This document shows positions 12,141 through 26,379 of a stretch of DNA of 64,000 nt, piece by piece. Origin of the DNA: Octopus vulgaris (lineage: Eukaryota); the NCBI GenBank assembly GCA_951406725.2, contig OX597814.1:142476001-142540000 (forward strand). Direction: 5' to 3'. Position 1 is the stretch's first letter. Every line of letters begins with the position of its first letter. The notes under the pieces are model-generated. The model had not been told where the DNA came from, ran no database searches, and worked only from the letters and a program-made list of their open reading frames with translations. The position numbers and the translations under genes were made by a program.

Positions 12141-12711
12141 GGAGCTTCCGGCACGAATGCCAAGCAGTACAGAATGTCGTCTCCAAATTTTTGGCGGAGT
12201 GAATTGCGTCAAGGTGCTGTTTTTCTCACAGGCGCTGTCAAACTGTGTAGGCGACAAAATCAAAAACAAACAGTGCTCATGCACGAAATTAAAAATATAA
12301 AATGGCGACAATTTACCCATGCATGTGAGTGTATATATATATACTTCGATTAGAAGGTGTGTTAACCTCATGAAGGGTTGGTTTCATCAAAGGTTGGCTG
12401 GCAGCGGCAGCAGCGGCAGCATCGGCAGCATCGGACGCGGGACTCCGGCGGGCGCACAAGACGATACCGCGCCAGTTGCCGGACGGCGGCGGCGTTGGCG
12501 CATAGCAGAGGGACCGGAGGGCAGCAGGGCGGCGGCCGCGTGTAGGCGGTGGTGTATGCGGGGCAACGGGCAGTGTCCACGGTCGTTGGCACTGCAGCGC
12601 GGCCGACGCCGGAAGCATCGGCCGACCGGATCGTACCCGTTACTGTAGTTCCGACCTCCACAGAGTACGACGGTCACCTAGAACGTGGCTGTTCTGCGTG
12701 GTGCTTCCGAC

Positions 12712-12997
12712 GATTTGCCTAGGTACAAGTCCGGGAAAGGTTGTTTATGGAAGACCAGCAGTCACTATGCATACCAACCTCCCCTCTCTACGCCATGCCG
12801 CCGATGTTATCCAAGAGAAAAGCAAAGGCCGATACAGCTTGGCACCAGTGACGTCGCAATTTCTACAGCTGAGTGAAGTGGAGCAACGTGAAATAAAGTG
12901 TCTTGCTGAAGAACACAACTCACAGCTCGTTCCGGGAATCGAACTGACTACTTCATGACTGTGAGCCCGACGCTCAAACCACTGAGTCATGCGCCTA
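12712..12997 (-). mobile_element. tRNA-derived SINE family C
   Basis: head aggcgcatgactcagtggtttgagcg...gttcgattcccgg (A/B boxes), then gtgttcttcagcaagacactttatttcacgttgctcc; related pieces near 3600-3740 and 40050-40180. Confidence 0.7.
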
Positions 12998-13157
12998 AAC
13001 GTTCCAACCATCAAATTAATAACGGCAAACTTATTTTAATACATTTTCCCGCTATCTTGAAAAGCAACTGAAACGAAGTAAACGTATTTCAAAAGAAACA
13101 TAGCAAAAGATGCTATTGGAGTAGTTACAGCTAAGTTAAAATGGCGGGAAATACATT

Positions 13158-13746
13158 TTTTTCTCTTTTCTACTCTAGACACAAGGCTCGAAATTTTGGG
13201 GGAGAGAGCCAGTCGATTATATCGACCCCTGTACGCAACTGGTACTTAATTTATCGACCCCGAAAGGATGAAAGGTAAAGTCAACCGCGTCGGAATTTGA
13301 TCTCAGAACGTAAAGACAGATGAAATACCTGTTTCTTTACTACTCACAAGGGGCTAAACACAGAGAGGACAAACGAGGACAGAAGAACGGATTAAGTCGA
13401 TTATATCAACCCCAGTGCGTAACTGGTAATTAATTTATCGACCCCGAAAGGATGAAAGGCAAAGTCGACCTCGGCGGAATTTGAACTCAGAACGTAGCGG
13501 CGGACGAAATACCTATTTCTTTACTACCCACAAGGGGCTAAACACAGAGAGGACAAACAAAGACAGACAAACGGATTAAGTCGATTATATCGACCCCAGT
13601 GCGTAACTGGTACTTATTTAATCGACTCCGAAAGCATGAAAAGCAAAGTCGACGTCGGCGGAATTTGAACTCAGAACGTAGAGGCAGACGAAATACGGCT
13701 ACGTATTTCGCCCGGCGTGCTAACGATTCTGCCAGCTCGCCGCCTT
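13158..13746 (-). mobile_element. SINE family B, trimeric tandem, with ~16-bp TSD
   Basis: three units of cgaccccgaaaggatgaaaggcaaagtcgacctcggcggaatttgaactcagaacg; flanking direct repeat aaatggcg(g/a)gaaatac. Confidence 0.85.
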
Positions 13747-14050
13747 AAATGGCGAGAAATACTAAAAGATATTGGTTATTCTACCTTCATGCAGCGCGGC
13801 CGACGCCGAAAGCCATCGGCCGACCGGCTCGTGCTATATAACTGTGCGACTATATAAGTTGATATAAATTTCTACATGCTTGTAGGCTTTCATTAGAGAA
13901 CATTCACAGCCTTTTGTCCCAACAAAAATTTAAATATTCTCAATAAATTCCCGTAATTATCTGCGTTGCTTATAAAAGAAAACAAAAATCAAACTCTAAA
14001 GTTATTAATTTCCCAATGGGGAGAAAAGTGGAGAGCTGGAAATATCGATT

Positions 14051-14102
<52 letters not shown>

Positions 14103-14255
14103 CATACATATCGAACACCGCTATACACTGTTTCTAGTAGATGATATTATACACATCTTTTTAACTGAAATAATAAATAACGAACCTAATATATATTATG
14201 TCACCTTCATACACTTATTCATTACGCTATACATCAAAGCGTTATATATGTGTGT

Positions 14256-14324
<69 letters not shown>

Positions 14325-14344
14325 CATATATATATATATATACA

Positions 14345-14393
<49 letters not shown>

Positions 14394-15235
14394 TTATATA
14401 TATGTATTATGTATGTATGGGAGCATATATGTGTGTGTATATATATATAGGATGCATATGTATATATGTATGTGTGCGTGAGTGGGTGTGTGTGTGTGTA
14501 CACTGTGTGGGAACTTCCCTTAGTTTCATGCGCAGCTAAAACCTAGATACTTACCCAACCACATCGCATCATCGACAAATTTTCATTTCTTTCTCTTACA
14601 ACCAACTACTTAATTACAGTTGCATACATAACAACCCATTAATTACTTCTGATGAAAATATTCAAAACTCCCATAATTAGATGGAAGAAAGCTCGACTCA
14701 CTCCCACCACAAGCAACAAACTCAGTCTTTTTGTAATACCTGTGTGTGTGTGTGTATGTGTTTTAATCAATATACCTATATCTTTTCATTCAAAACCAAG
14801 CACAACCACACTTTCTCATTTTCTTTCCGTTTTCTACTTCGTAGCTCATGATACATTTATAAATACGAACTATAGCTTAACTTTTATTAATGTTTGACAA
14901 AGTTCGTTTTTAGAGAAGCAGATAAGCAAATGGTACATGTGTCGCATTCGATTTTTAGTAGGAATAGATTAATACAGTAGGAATAGATTAATACGTCCAT
15001 ATATACATATATATATGTATGTGCGTGTGCATATGTGTGTGTGCGTTTGTGTGCATGTATATATATATGTGTGTGTATGTATGTATATATGTATTGCATG
15101 TATGTATGCATGCATGTATATATGCATATGCAAATACATACATACGTACAGTATATAGGAAATAACATTTTAAATTTCTTTAGTTGTTGTTTTGAATCCC
15201 TTCAAGAAATATGTAACCTTCGTTTTATTAAAACA

Positions 15236-15361
15236 AAAATGCCCTGAAGAGATTCTGCCCCATACAGCTTAAAATGATAGCAAATGCCTAACATTGGATT
15301 TAACCCAAATGCTTTGAATTATGCGTTACCAAGAGGCCAGAATCGAAACATGTAGGTTTTT
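15236..15361 (+). ncRNA. Type I hammerhead ribozyme motif, extended stem II
   Basis: gcc-CTGAAGA-gattctg...cagaatc-GAAA-catg-TA-ggt. Confidence 0.7.
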
Positions 15362-15472
15362 GAGTTTTCTATTGTGTTTTATTTGTATTTGAATCTTAAC
15401 AACAAGCTATGATACAAATAAATTCACTATACATCCACAACTCTCCATTTTCCTACCTTATTAATTTTACCA

Positions 15473-15529
<57 letters not shown>

Positions 15530-15669
15530 AGATTATGGTGTCATTGAGACCCAAAGGTGTCAGGTAATGCTGAATAAGTGCTATAGACAGACCATAGTTA
15601 AGTTCCAGATTCGGTAATATTGCGAATAAGGGGTTCAGAGTTGGTTCTATGTCAGCGTGTGTATATATG

Positions 15670-15787
15670 AATTTTTTGCGTAATGAGATAAAAAAAAAAC
15701 CCAAGGCTGTATAGATATTAGAGCTTTTATAGATAAATGCTCTAATATCTATACAGCCTTGGTTTTTTTTTATCTCATTACGCAAAA

Positions 15788-15792
<5 letters not shown>
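15670..15792. repeat. ~55-bp-arm hairpin next to (TA)n
   Basis: ttttttgcgtaatgagata...aaggctgtatagatattagagc / gctctaatatctatacagcctt...tatctcattacgcaaaaaa. Confidence 0.85.
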
Positions 15793-15828
<36 letters not shown>

Positions 15829-15930
15829 TAATTCAAATAAACAAACAAAAAGCAAAGAAAAAATATAAAAAACGAACGTGAGGATGTGCACAAGAAATAC
15901 ATTAATTTGACGCTGAATAAAAGGAGAGTT

Positions 15931-15964
15931 GTTTACGTTTCGAGCATAGCTCTTCGTCAGAAAG
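15931..15964 (-). ncRNA. Minimal PLE-type hammerhead-like motif in a solo pLTR remnant (~15825-16015)
   Basis: minus strand CTGACGA-a-gagc-tat-gctc-GAAA-cg-TA; stem I weak; context resembles the 3' end of the PLE at 48316-48460. Confidence 0.55.
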
Positions 15965-16299
15965 AGGCAAGTCCAAAGAGAAACAAGGGAAAATCGCCAA
16001 CAGTCCATCCGCGGTTATATATAAGTCTGTGCGTGTTTGTGTGTGTGTGTGTACGCGCGTGTATGTGTATGTCTTTATGTGTGTTTGTGTATGTATTTAT
16101 ATATATTCTTTTAGCTCTTTTATGCATTTCAGACCCATGACTGGCCATGCTGGTGCAACGCCAGTATTATCACTTTTTCAACGGACAGCAGGAGGTCAAG
16201 TTGTTTCTTGAAAACATGTAGCCCACTCCATGTAGATCTCTCAGGCTTTTTAGTAAGATATTATAAAGCTGTGGTCTTTTGAATCTCAAGTTATTTCAG

Positions 16300-17692
16300 T
16301 ACCTGGATCTCACTGTGGAGGCGGTGACTGGAAATGTTGGAATAGTACAGTGGCGTCCAGCTCGGGGGCTGCTATAACTTCCGATATCAAAGTTTGGTGC
16401 CAACCCCTCTAGGATCTTCCGGATGTATATCACTGCGTATCTCTTCTGTCTTCGATCCACGGAGTAGAATCATAAGTCTTTCAATCTCTCTCAGTAGTTC
16501 AGCTCTTCTATTGATGCAATCTTCCTGGTGTAGCACCGCTTAACTACCTCAAGTTCCGCCATTAATTTGATACTGTGGGGTGACGACAGTTGAGAGCAGT
16601 AGTCCAGACGGCTGACAAATGTCCACCATAGAACCAACATAGCTTCCTAGTCTCTTGTTCTGAAAGTTCGCAGAATCCATTCAGCCATTCGCCAGCACAT
16701 TGCCACCATTTTGGTGACATGTCCATGAAGCGAAGCATTACTGTTCATGTAATCCCCCAGTCACGCACAGTATTTGACTCAGTGATTACAGTTCATTTTT
16801 GTCCAAAGTATCTTCGTTGCTACATGTTATCTCAAGCTGGCTGATAGCGGAGGATTTGTAATTTTCTTGCATTAAATTGCATGTTGTTTTCTTTAGTCCA
16901 TTTCTATCTGGTATTTAGGTCTTTCTCTGGAAGATTTGCAACGAAAGTTTCCTCGACTGCTTGTACAACTTTTGTATCATTGGCATAGCTAGTAAGTGTG
17001 GCTGTCTATGTAACTGATGGCATGGTCTGAAAAAGCTAACGTAAAAAGCAGCGGTTCCAAAGTAGTTCCCTGAGGCACTCTACTCACTGTTACCGTAAAT
17101 CCTCGAGTATAGACCGCCCTTGAGTATAATATGCAGGGGATTTTTCGGTGGTTGTACCTCTGAAAAACCTAAGCCTTGTATATAATACGCACCCCTTCTC
17201 TAACTTGAGTCAAGGAGGTCTATATAACGTCCTTGGTTTGTAAAAATGTATACGATAACGTCTTTTATTATTATTGTATATATAACATAATGCAAACGTG
17301 TAGCTTTTTTGTGCATTTTGCTTGTAGAATATAAAGAAATAACAGAAATAACGTTTAATAAATGTTGCTTACTGCAAGTTATGGATGATTCTTTTATGAC
17401 TTCATTGCTTTCAGGCGTAACTTAAGGTATTTTCGCGCCCGACATCACAAAATGCGTCTGAATAAACATTGCCGGACAGCAAACAGAGACTCGGACATTG
17501 CTTAGAAAATAATTTTCATTCTTAACCTCGTATATAGTAAGCACTAGGGATTTTGACCTTTAAATTTTGGGGAAAAAATGCGGATTGTACTCGAGGATTT
17601 ACGGTACTTCTGGGAGAGGGTCCAGCTAGTTGTTACATCCTGGCTCCTGTCTTTTAAAAAGTCGTGTAACCACTCTCCCAGTTTCCCAACTA
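16300..17692 (-). mobile_element. CR1-clade LINE RT remnant interrupted by a MITE
   Basis: minus-strand GKLGEWLHDFLKDRSQ | VTVSRVPQGTTLEPLLF, YANDTK, WILRTFRTRD, RLDYCSQL. Confidence 0.8.
17093..17604. mobile_element. pogo/Tigger-type MITE
   Basis: TIRs ccgtaaatcctcgagta / tactcgaggatttacgg with TA duplication; splits the CR1 reading frame. Confidence 0.85.
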
Positions 17693-20674
17693 TATATTGA
17701 TAGACAGATAAATAGACAGACAGACAGGTATTTATATTTGGATAGCCTTCGGACAGTCCGACGTAAGACTGCAGGCCGTAACAGCGGAGTTACTGTTAAC
17801 CCACTTCTTGCAAAAGTATAATAAATACATACTCTACAAAAAGTATTAATTCTTCAGATTAATGTTAGATTGTTTTTATTATATGTCGACATAAAGCAAT
17901 CCTTAATACCTGAGCATGCGCAGACATACACGCACACACGCACACAATCACACACTCCCACACATACACACACATATACACACACAACATCTGATGTTTA
18001 TTCTAAGTTCTTAGCAGAATTCAAAGCAGTCACTAACAAAGTGACAAATCTCTTTAGCTTGAGTTAAGACATTTACTGGGATTTGTGTGTATGCGAGTGA
18101 GTTATTATGCGCATATACCATAGACGCATCTGTGAATATACCTATACTCTTGGAGCGAATGCGTATATCTCTTTTATTACACAATCTTATTGTGCATCAT
18201 GTTTTATGTGTGTCTCTGTACCATATGCTGGTGCTTATACTATGCTTATGAATGCGATATATAAAGGCGGGGTGCTGGCAGAATCGTTAGCACGTCGGGC
18301 AAAATGCTTAGCGTCACTTCATTCGCGTTCACGTACTGCGTTCAAATTCCGCCGAGGTCTGCTTTGCATTTCATTTTTGTTGGGGTCGATAAAATAAATA
18401 CCAGTTGAACACTGGGCTCGATGTAATTATTTCACTCCCCCGAAATTGCTGGCCTTGAGACAAAATTTGAAATCAATATAATGAATCACTATTTTATCTT
18501 TTGCTTATTCCAGTCATTATACTGCGGCCACGCTGGGGCACCGCCTTGAAGATTTTATTCGAATGAATCGACCCGGAACTTCTTTTTTTCTTTTTTGAAA
18601 CCAGGTACTTATTCTATCGGTCTCTTATGCCGAACTGCTATGTTGCGGGACGTAAACACGTCGCATGTGTCTGTGTTTGTCATTCACCATCGCTTAACTA
18701 CTGGTGTTGGTATGTTTACGTCCCGTAACATAACGGTTCGACCGATAGGAAATTACCAAGCTTTAAAAAAGGAGAAAAAGAAAAAGAAAGTATTGGAGTT
18801 GATCCATTCGTATAAAATGCTTCAAGGTGATGCCCCAGCATGGCCGTAGTCTAATAACTGTAATAAGTAAAAGATAAAATATTGATTCATTATATTCAAC
18901 GTTTGTTAAGCGACACAGAGACAAACACATATATATGTAATAAATATATACATGACGGGCTTCTTTCAGTTTCCGTCCACCAAAATCCCCTCACAAAGCA
19001 TTAATCGGCTTGAGGCTATGTTAGAAGATACTTGCCCAAGATGCCACGCATTGGGACTGAATATGACACCATGTGGTTGGAAAGCAAGCTTCATACCAGA
19101 CAGTCATGTCTGCTCCTATTTGTCTATATAACACACACGCACACATAGACACACACACACACGCACACACACAAACAAACACACACACACACGCACACAC
19201 ACATATGCATATGTGTTTGTATACTATATACGTATGCATGTGTGTCTGTATACCATATGAATACGCAAATGTGTACGTAAGTTCATTGTAGGAAACTGAT
19301 AAGGAGAATCCCCCTTTTTTTGTTGTTTTTTAGGTACTAGGATATAATTTGAGGAAGATTTAGCTGCTATGTTGTAGGTTGAATAAATGTGTACATACTC
19401 TTTTTATTGATCCGTGTTGAAAGTAAAAATAACCAGAGATACTTTGCACACTCGACTTGTTGAAACAGTAGCTTGTGGGAGTTTCTTCCATACATTCGAT
19501 AATATCTTAGGGGTGCTTTCTGCACGAAGTATGTGCAGTTAAGTGCCAGCTAACTACACATGTGTAGTTTTTAACACTCTCTGACAAATGTGTAGTTATG
19601 TGCCAGCGAATGTTAAAAGTTTCAATTTAACGTGTGAGTCTTGGTATCAGCCTTCGCGGGGGATGCTTACAGATATGAAAGTGTAAGTATTTATATATCA
19701 ATGCATTTACATATTGCGGTAGCGGCGGAATTCTAAGTTCCCATCAGCTATAGCTTGTATGGATTATTTTAAAAATACTGTTATTGCAGCAACTTGTTTG
19801 CTGTGATGTAAGCTGTTAATGACGAAATTTTTAGCAACCTCTTTCTGCTCCATCAACTTCGATTATCCTGCTGCTTTTATCTTAGACTGAAGTGAATAGG
19901 CTGAGCTTGCCTATGTGAAGCATTCATCTTGGATCAACAGACATATCCAATTACGCTCCAGGCCTCCGTGAAGCTTTTTAAACACACAGCGGAGATATGC
20001 TCTGTCTATATTAATTCGATAACTATGGTTTCATCCAGAATATGAGGCAGATTTTTCACTGAATTATTGCAATTCTCTAAAGAGAAATTCAAGATTTATA
20101 GGATTTTATTTCCTTTATTATGCCATTGTTCTTCCCCCTGGTGGCTCAAATGTAACTTTTCAGTTATCCACTCAAGCCGTCAAGTTTCAAGTAGCTTCTG
20201 TAAAGTCAACCCCACTTTGTGACCGTAGAAATATAAACAGCATTTTAAAGGTGTTAGAAAGCTTAGAATAGACACAGCCTTAGTATTAAGCCTTGCTGGA
20301 CCGATGTTTTTAATGAATCATCCATATTGGTATTTAAGAGAGACCTTCATAGATTTTTCGCTATGCTTTCGTCTTAGCAATTTTCCAAGTAGCCGTTAGA
20401 ATTTCAGCTCGACGCAGAATCTATTATGTCTGATTCTATCAAAAAGCTAATCTATTGTTTATACCAATAACATCTCACCCATGTCCAAGTAATTGTTCTA
20501 CGTATGGAATAGATTAGTGAGAAGTTGTGCTTTGCTGTGATGTGATAGGAAGCCATATCCAAAAAGTTTTCTGTTTGCTATGTTCCATTAACTTATTATT
20601 GAAAACTTTTATCGAATTCCTTTTCTCTTTTTCCCCGCGGGGCTTTGTCCGTCGGGTATTTTCCCCGCATCAGC

Positions 20675-20844
20675 ATACATACATTACATAGATACATACA
20701 TGTATATATACATACATACACACATGTATACATGCATGCATACATACATACATACATACATACATACATACATACATACATACATACATACATACATACA
20801 TACATGCATGCATACATACATGCATGCATACATACATGCATGCA

Positions 20845-20906
<62 letters not shown>

Positions 20907-21272
20907 CATACATACATACATACATACATACATAAATGCATGCATGCATACATACATGCTTGCAAACATACCTATACACATTTATATATACATACGTATA
21001 TACGAATGTATCTACATGCATGCATATATACATACATACATACATACATGCATACATACATGCATACATGCATACATACATACATACATTCATACATACA
21101 TACATTCATACATACATTCATACATACATACATTCATACATACATACATACATACATACATACATACATACATACATACATACAAGCACACATACATGCA
21201 TACAAGCACACATACATACATACATACATACATACATACATACATACATACATACATACATACATACATACA
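20675..21272. repeat. (CATA)n compound microsatellite
   Basis: direct inspection. Confidence 0.95.
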
Positions 21273-22745
21273 TAATGCTGTCTGCAAGGCTCCCTGCAAA
21301 TGTATGCCAAACACTTTGGTGCACCAAACGCATTCGGAGAGACCCTCAAAGAAGTAAAAGCTTCATGTAACAACGCACCGGGTGCATATGTTTGTACGTA
21401 TTTATAGATAGAGACAGATGGAGAGAAAGCGAGCGAGAGAGAGAGGGAGAGAGAGATCGAACCGACAAACAAGAAAATAAAGAGTGAGAAAAAGTGAGGG
21501 GGCGGAGAGAGAGAGAGAGAGTAATATAGGTTCATGCCTTAGATACTAATCAATCAGTTCCATCTGGAATATGACCCCCCAACCTATAACCCTATAACAA
21601 TACTTGAACACATTGGTTTATTTTCTCCTACCAACCAAGTAAGCAACTGAAAAGTGTAATAACTGATATTTTGATCACAGCATGTCGTGACAACTGCACG
21701 TATATTACCATACGCATCTTCTTTCATCTTCTTTGCCTTCTTTTTCTTTTTTACCTTTATATATTTATAAATTTTTTTGTATTATTTTTGTTTTGCAATT
21801 TCAACGCCTCCACGCATCTACAAAGTGCTCTACCTTTTATTTTATTTCATTTTATTTTATTTTATTTTATTTTATTTTATTTTATTCCTTATCTTATTCA
21901 CATTATTCAAATATAATATTTTCCTAATAACTACTTCCTGAAAAGATGCTGTCAGCTTTCTGAATCGGTCCGTCTATTGATCAAAGGTTTTATAAACTCA
22001 ATCATATTTATTTTTGGTATTCTTTTACCCACTTGTTTTCCTTCACTTTCTCTTTTCTTTTTTTCCATTTTTCTGTTAAATTTTATTCCTTAGTAACACA
22101 AGATATTCTCTCGATGATTTTCATAGAAAAGACGACTTTTGCTGCAAGGCCAAAATAATTCTACTACAGACCGACTAAAAAACATTTGAAAGCCGTTCAA
22201 AGCTGCTCAGAGTTGTTCAAAGTTGTTCAAAGAGTCGTCACATTGCCGAACGCTGTCGAGACGTTCGGTATATTACCGTTTACTAATTTGGTTCACTTCG
22301 ATCTGCCTGAATAGTAGAGTTCTTATTACTAGATTCTTATACATTACAGCGGCATGACGTCTTATATATCTCGATAATTGTGACAAAATCGATATTTGAT
22401 ATTTGAATATAAGTAGGTCAGCACACGTGCATATACACACGCGTGCACATGTGTACATACGTACGTACAAACATACATGCAAACGCGCATACATACATAC
22501 TTACATGCATACATACACTTATACATACATATATACATGCATGTATACTTGCATGTATACATGCATACATATATATAAATGAACACACACACACACACAC
22601 AAACACATACACACACACCGAGATACTATATATAACTATATGCATAAAATATACATACCTTCAAGCATAGAAACAGGGTTAAATAAGTGTGTGTGTGTGT
22701 GTGTATGTATGTACGTGCGCGTGTGTGTGTGTATAATTATATATA

Positions 22746-22820
<75 letters not shown>

Positions 22821-22971
22821 GTATGTATATATATATATATATGTATAAAATTTAGATTCAGATGAATATGGTACTTAAGTTGAGGCACCAGAATTTAGTA
22901 TGGTATTATCCATACAGTTTCAAAATAAGGTGATTAAAATCAAAATAAGCAACAAGGATATCCAGAGGTAA

Positions 22972-23063
22972 TGCAGTACGATCGTTTCATGCGACTCCAT
23001 TTAATTGAACAATGCAATCATTTCATTACATCAATTAAAAATGTAGAGCAATCTTCAGCTGCA
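22972..23063 (-). ncRNA. Type I hammerhead ribozyme motif in a PLE-derived remnant (~22846-23700)
   Basis: minus strand tgcag-CTGAAGA-ttgc...gcat-GAAA-cgatcg-TA-ctgca. Confidence 0.8.
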
Positions 23064-24851
23064 CAAAGACATGGTATTTAATTAAATTAGAAGGACACAT
23101 TAGTATAATTTTACTCAAAATCTCCAAGAGGATAAGGAGATAGACAAAGTACATGTTTCACCAACAACATCACAGTTGTAACTGAAAATTTTTTTCAAGA
23201 AGACACTGCCTGTCACTGATTTTTTTATTATCTAGTTTTAATTTAGTTTTATTGTAGTTAAAATAATTTGGTATATACTCAAAAGTGGTATCCTGTTTGT
23301 TAAAATTCTCATTCTTAATAATCTTCTTCATTACTCTAAAAATACTTTTTAAACTTATACAGCATGATGACATTGTTTGAAATGATCTTTTTAAAAAATT
23401 ACTTGATTTTTCCTTTCTCAAATAGCTCCACCCTTCTGATCTTAGTATGTATAAAGATCTTTATATAAATAACCTTTCTAAATAAGTACCAATTAGAAAG
23501 TATAAATATCATGTAGGATGTAATAATAACATAAAGCTGAAGATCAGTGAAAACTAAAATACCTACGCTGAACTATTGAGATCTACAGTTACTCTACCCA
23601 GATTACAAGTTCAGGTTTATACCTGTAATTGTAGGGGCCCTGAGATATGTAACACACTACCTAATTACCAGTTTTGAGAAATTAGATTTCTCAAAACCAG
23701 AAAGGAGAAAGCTGATTCGATGACTACAGATCCAAGCCATTACTGGAACTATAAAAATCTGTAAAACTTTCCAGATGTTTATCATTTAAATATATATGAG
23801 CATGTCTAGAAATGCAGTTATATGCATGAAAATACAGACATAAAACAAAACATAGACATTTACACACACACACACAAACACACACACATACACACATACA
23901 CACATACACACACACATCATACATACATACATACATACATACATACATACATACATACATACATACATACATACATACATACATACCCTGTTGAAGCTGT
24001 TGAAATTCCAATGAAGGAGCCTTGGATTTAGGTTTAAAACCGATTCTTTCTCTATTGGCATGAAATCTTGAAATAAAATTAAATAACGACATACATACAG
24101 TTCGATAATTAATTAGGGATGTAATGTAATAAGATTCTCCCCAATTTTAGTACAAGTCTAGCAATTTTTAGTTGAGCGGTAAGTCGATTAAGTCGATCCC
24201 AGGCTCCAATTATTACCGTATTCTGCGGCATATAAGACACACTTTTTTTGAAAATTTGACCCTCAAAATCACTGAACATCCTGCATGGTGTATGTCAGGT
24301 TTGAGGACCAGCTTTGGACCATGGTATCCCCCTTGTTTAACAATACAAACAACTCAACTTCCAAATGAATACATATAGCTGTACACGATGTATATACACC
24401 TTGTACATACTATATGTACTCGTTCCATATCCCCACACCCCGTAATTACCAGTAGTGGGGGTTCATGGTTCTCCGTGGCGCTTTGTTGAAAACGTCTGAA
24501 GAGACACTGCTCAGCGTCCTTACCAGTAATTATGTTTATTTCCTGCATAATCTCAGCACTACACATTTTAGCTTTTCTACTTCCCTAAACATTTTGGCTT
24601 TATTCACAATTAACACTGGGGGCAATGCTTATCAGTAAAACGGGCTCATAATACCGTAATCAAAGTTTGCTTACCGTAACATGCACTTGCCATCTTTGCC
24701 TACCAGATCAAAACAATGGAAGTGGCGCCGCCACTCAAGCAGCTTGAAAACTAACATGCGCCATTGGCACGGATTTTGAACTCGCCTTCAGTTGCTTACA
24801 ACTGTACTGGAAAGAAGATATTTTTCCGTATGACAGTTTTTGAAACAACCA

Positions 24852-25247
24852 AGTCGGCGAGCTGGCTGAAACGTTAGCACGCCGGGCGAAATGCTTAGCT
24901 GTATTTCGTCTGTCTTTACGTTCTGAGTTCAAATTCTGCCGAGGTCAACTTTGCCTTTCATCCTTTCGGGGTCGATAAATTAAGTACCAGTTACGCACTG
25001 CGGTCGATATAATCGACTTAATCCGTCTGTCCTTGTTTGTCCTCTCCGTGTTTAGCCCCTTGTGGGTAGTAAAGAAATAGGTATTTTGTCTGTCTTTACG
25101 TTCTGAGTTCAAATTCCGCCTAGGTCGACTTTGCCTTTCATCCTTTCGGGGTCGATAAATTAAGTACCAGTTGCGTACTGAGGTCGATCTAATCGAATGG
25201 CCCCTCTCCCCCAAAATTTCGGGCCTTGTGCCTAGAGTAGAAAATTT
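24852..25247 (+). mobile_element. SINE family B dimer with 15-bp TSD
   Basis: tttttgaaacaacca at 24837-24851 and 25248-25262. Confidence 0.85.
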
Positions 25248-25739
25248 TTTTTGAAACAACCAGAATGCTATAATAGGTTAAACATGGAATGTTCCGTAAA
25301 TGACTGATAATTCGTTAAACTACTGGCTGTGGTGAGGCAAAAGACTCGTTATTATAGGTGTTTACAGTTTTCCAACCAGTAACCATTGTTATATATCCTG
25401 TATAAACAAGTAACAGTATCGTATAAATTAAACAAATCTTCAATGAAGCACAAAACACTTCAATTCTATCTAACATTTAAACAAACAATGGAACAATTGT
25501 CTCTCTGTTATCACCGGACATTGTTTTGTTTTGGTAGTACCAACCGTGTCTGAGACAGACAAAGCATATGTGCAGTAGCAGTGAGCAACCAGCTAAAACC
25601 AACGACATCGCCAGTTTGAACACGGTCCTCCTCGGGGTTGTACATTGCTGTCCCCTATCTGCTCAATCAGAATTACAGTAAATATCAATAATATATATTG
25701 TGGGGGAAATATTATCATTCAGTGAAGTGAACGAACATT

Positions 25740-26253
25740 AGTGCTACTTTAGCGCGCGATCTACCACAGTATCTTGTCAACGCTTTGAAATTACTTTTAG
25801 CCTGCGGTTTAACTTTCCATACTATCTTAACCTGAGTTAATTTTAACCATTACAATACTGTTAAAGGATTTCTATAGACATAATTTTTCTGAGGCTATTG
25901 AGAGATCATAGTTGGATACCAAAGCAGCTATTTTAAAGAAAATGAGAAGCGTAGTGGTGAGCTTTTCCAGTCACACCTTGATCACTTTTGCTGGAAAGCT
26001 TTGAGAAAAGATGCAGCAGATTTGTTTGTGGTATTCCTGGATGATGTACGAAGTGTGTATCGTTAATTAAGATTTAAGTTTAAGTTATTAATAAATCCTT
26101 ATTCAACATTATTCAATTTGTTTTTATCATCCTGTACTATAAAATTCTTATAGTGGAGGTAGATTGCACGCTAAGGAAAAGTAGGCCGCACGCTAAAAGT
26201 AATTTCACAGCGTAGACAGGACACTGCGGTAGACTGCACGCTAAAGTAGCACC
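25740..26253. mobile_element. MITE with ~70-bp TIRs (possibly PIF/Harbinger-like)
   Basis: gtgctactttagcgcgcgatctaccacagt...ttttagc vs gctaaaagt...actgcggtagactgcacgctaaagtagcac; TTA/TAA flanks. Confidence 0.6.
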
Positions 26254-26379
26254 TAAAAATATCTATAGATTACCGTACGGTAATAGTGTATAACGGTACT
26301 TTTTGTCCCACTATATGTTACCAATATTCACTTTTATTAAATTTTCAGAATATTAATACCCTAATAGAAAAGAGTCGCA

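Noticed and set aside
13200-13740. Regularly spaced direct repeats resembling a CRISPR array (also 60300-61390)
   Set aside because: The intervening sequences are also repeated; these are tandem SINE units in eukaryotic DNA with no cas genes
20596-21535. Many overlapping ORFs (MYVC/HTYI repeats); likewise at 11753-12094, 14198-14539, 31852-32418, 35805-36100
   Set aside because: Translations of stop-free (CATA)n/(TA)n/(CA)n microsatellites
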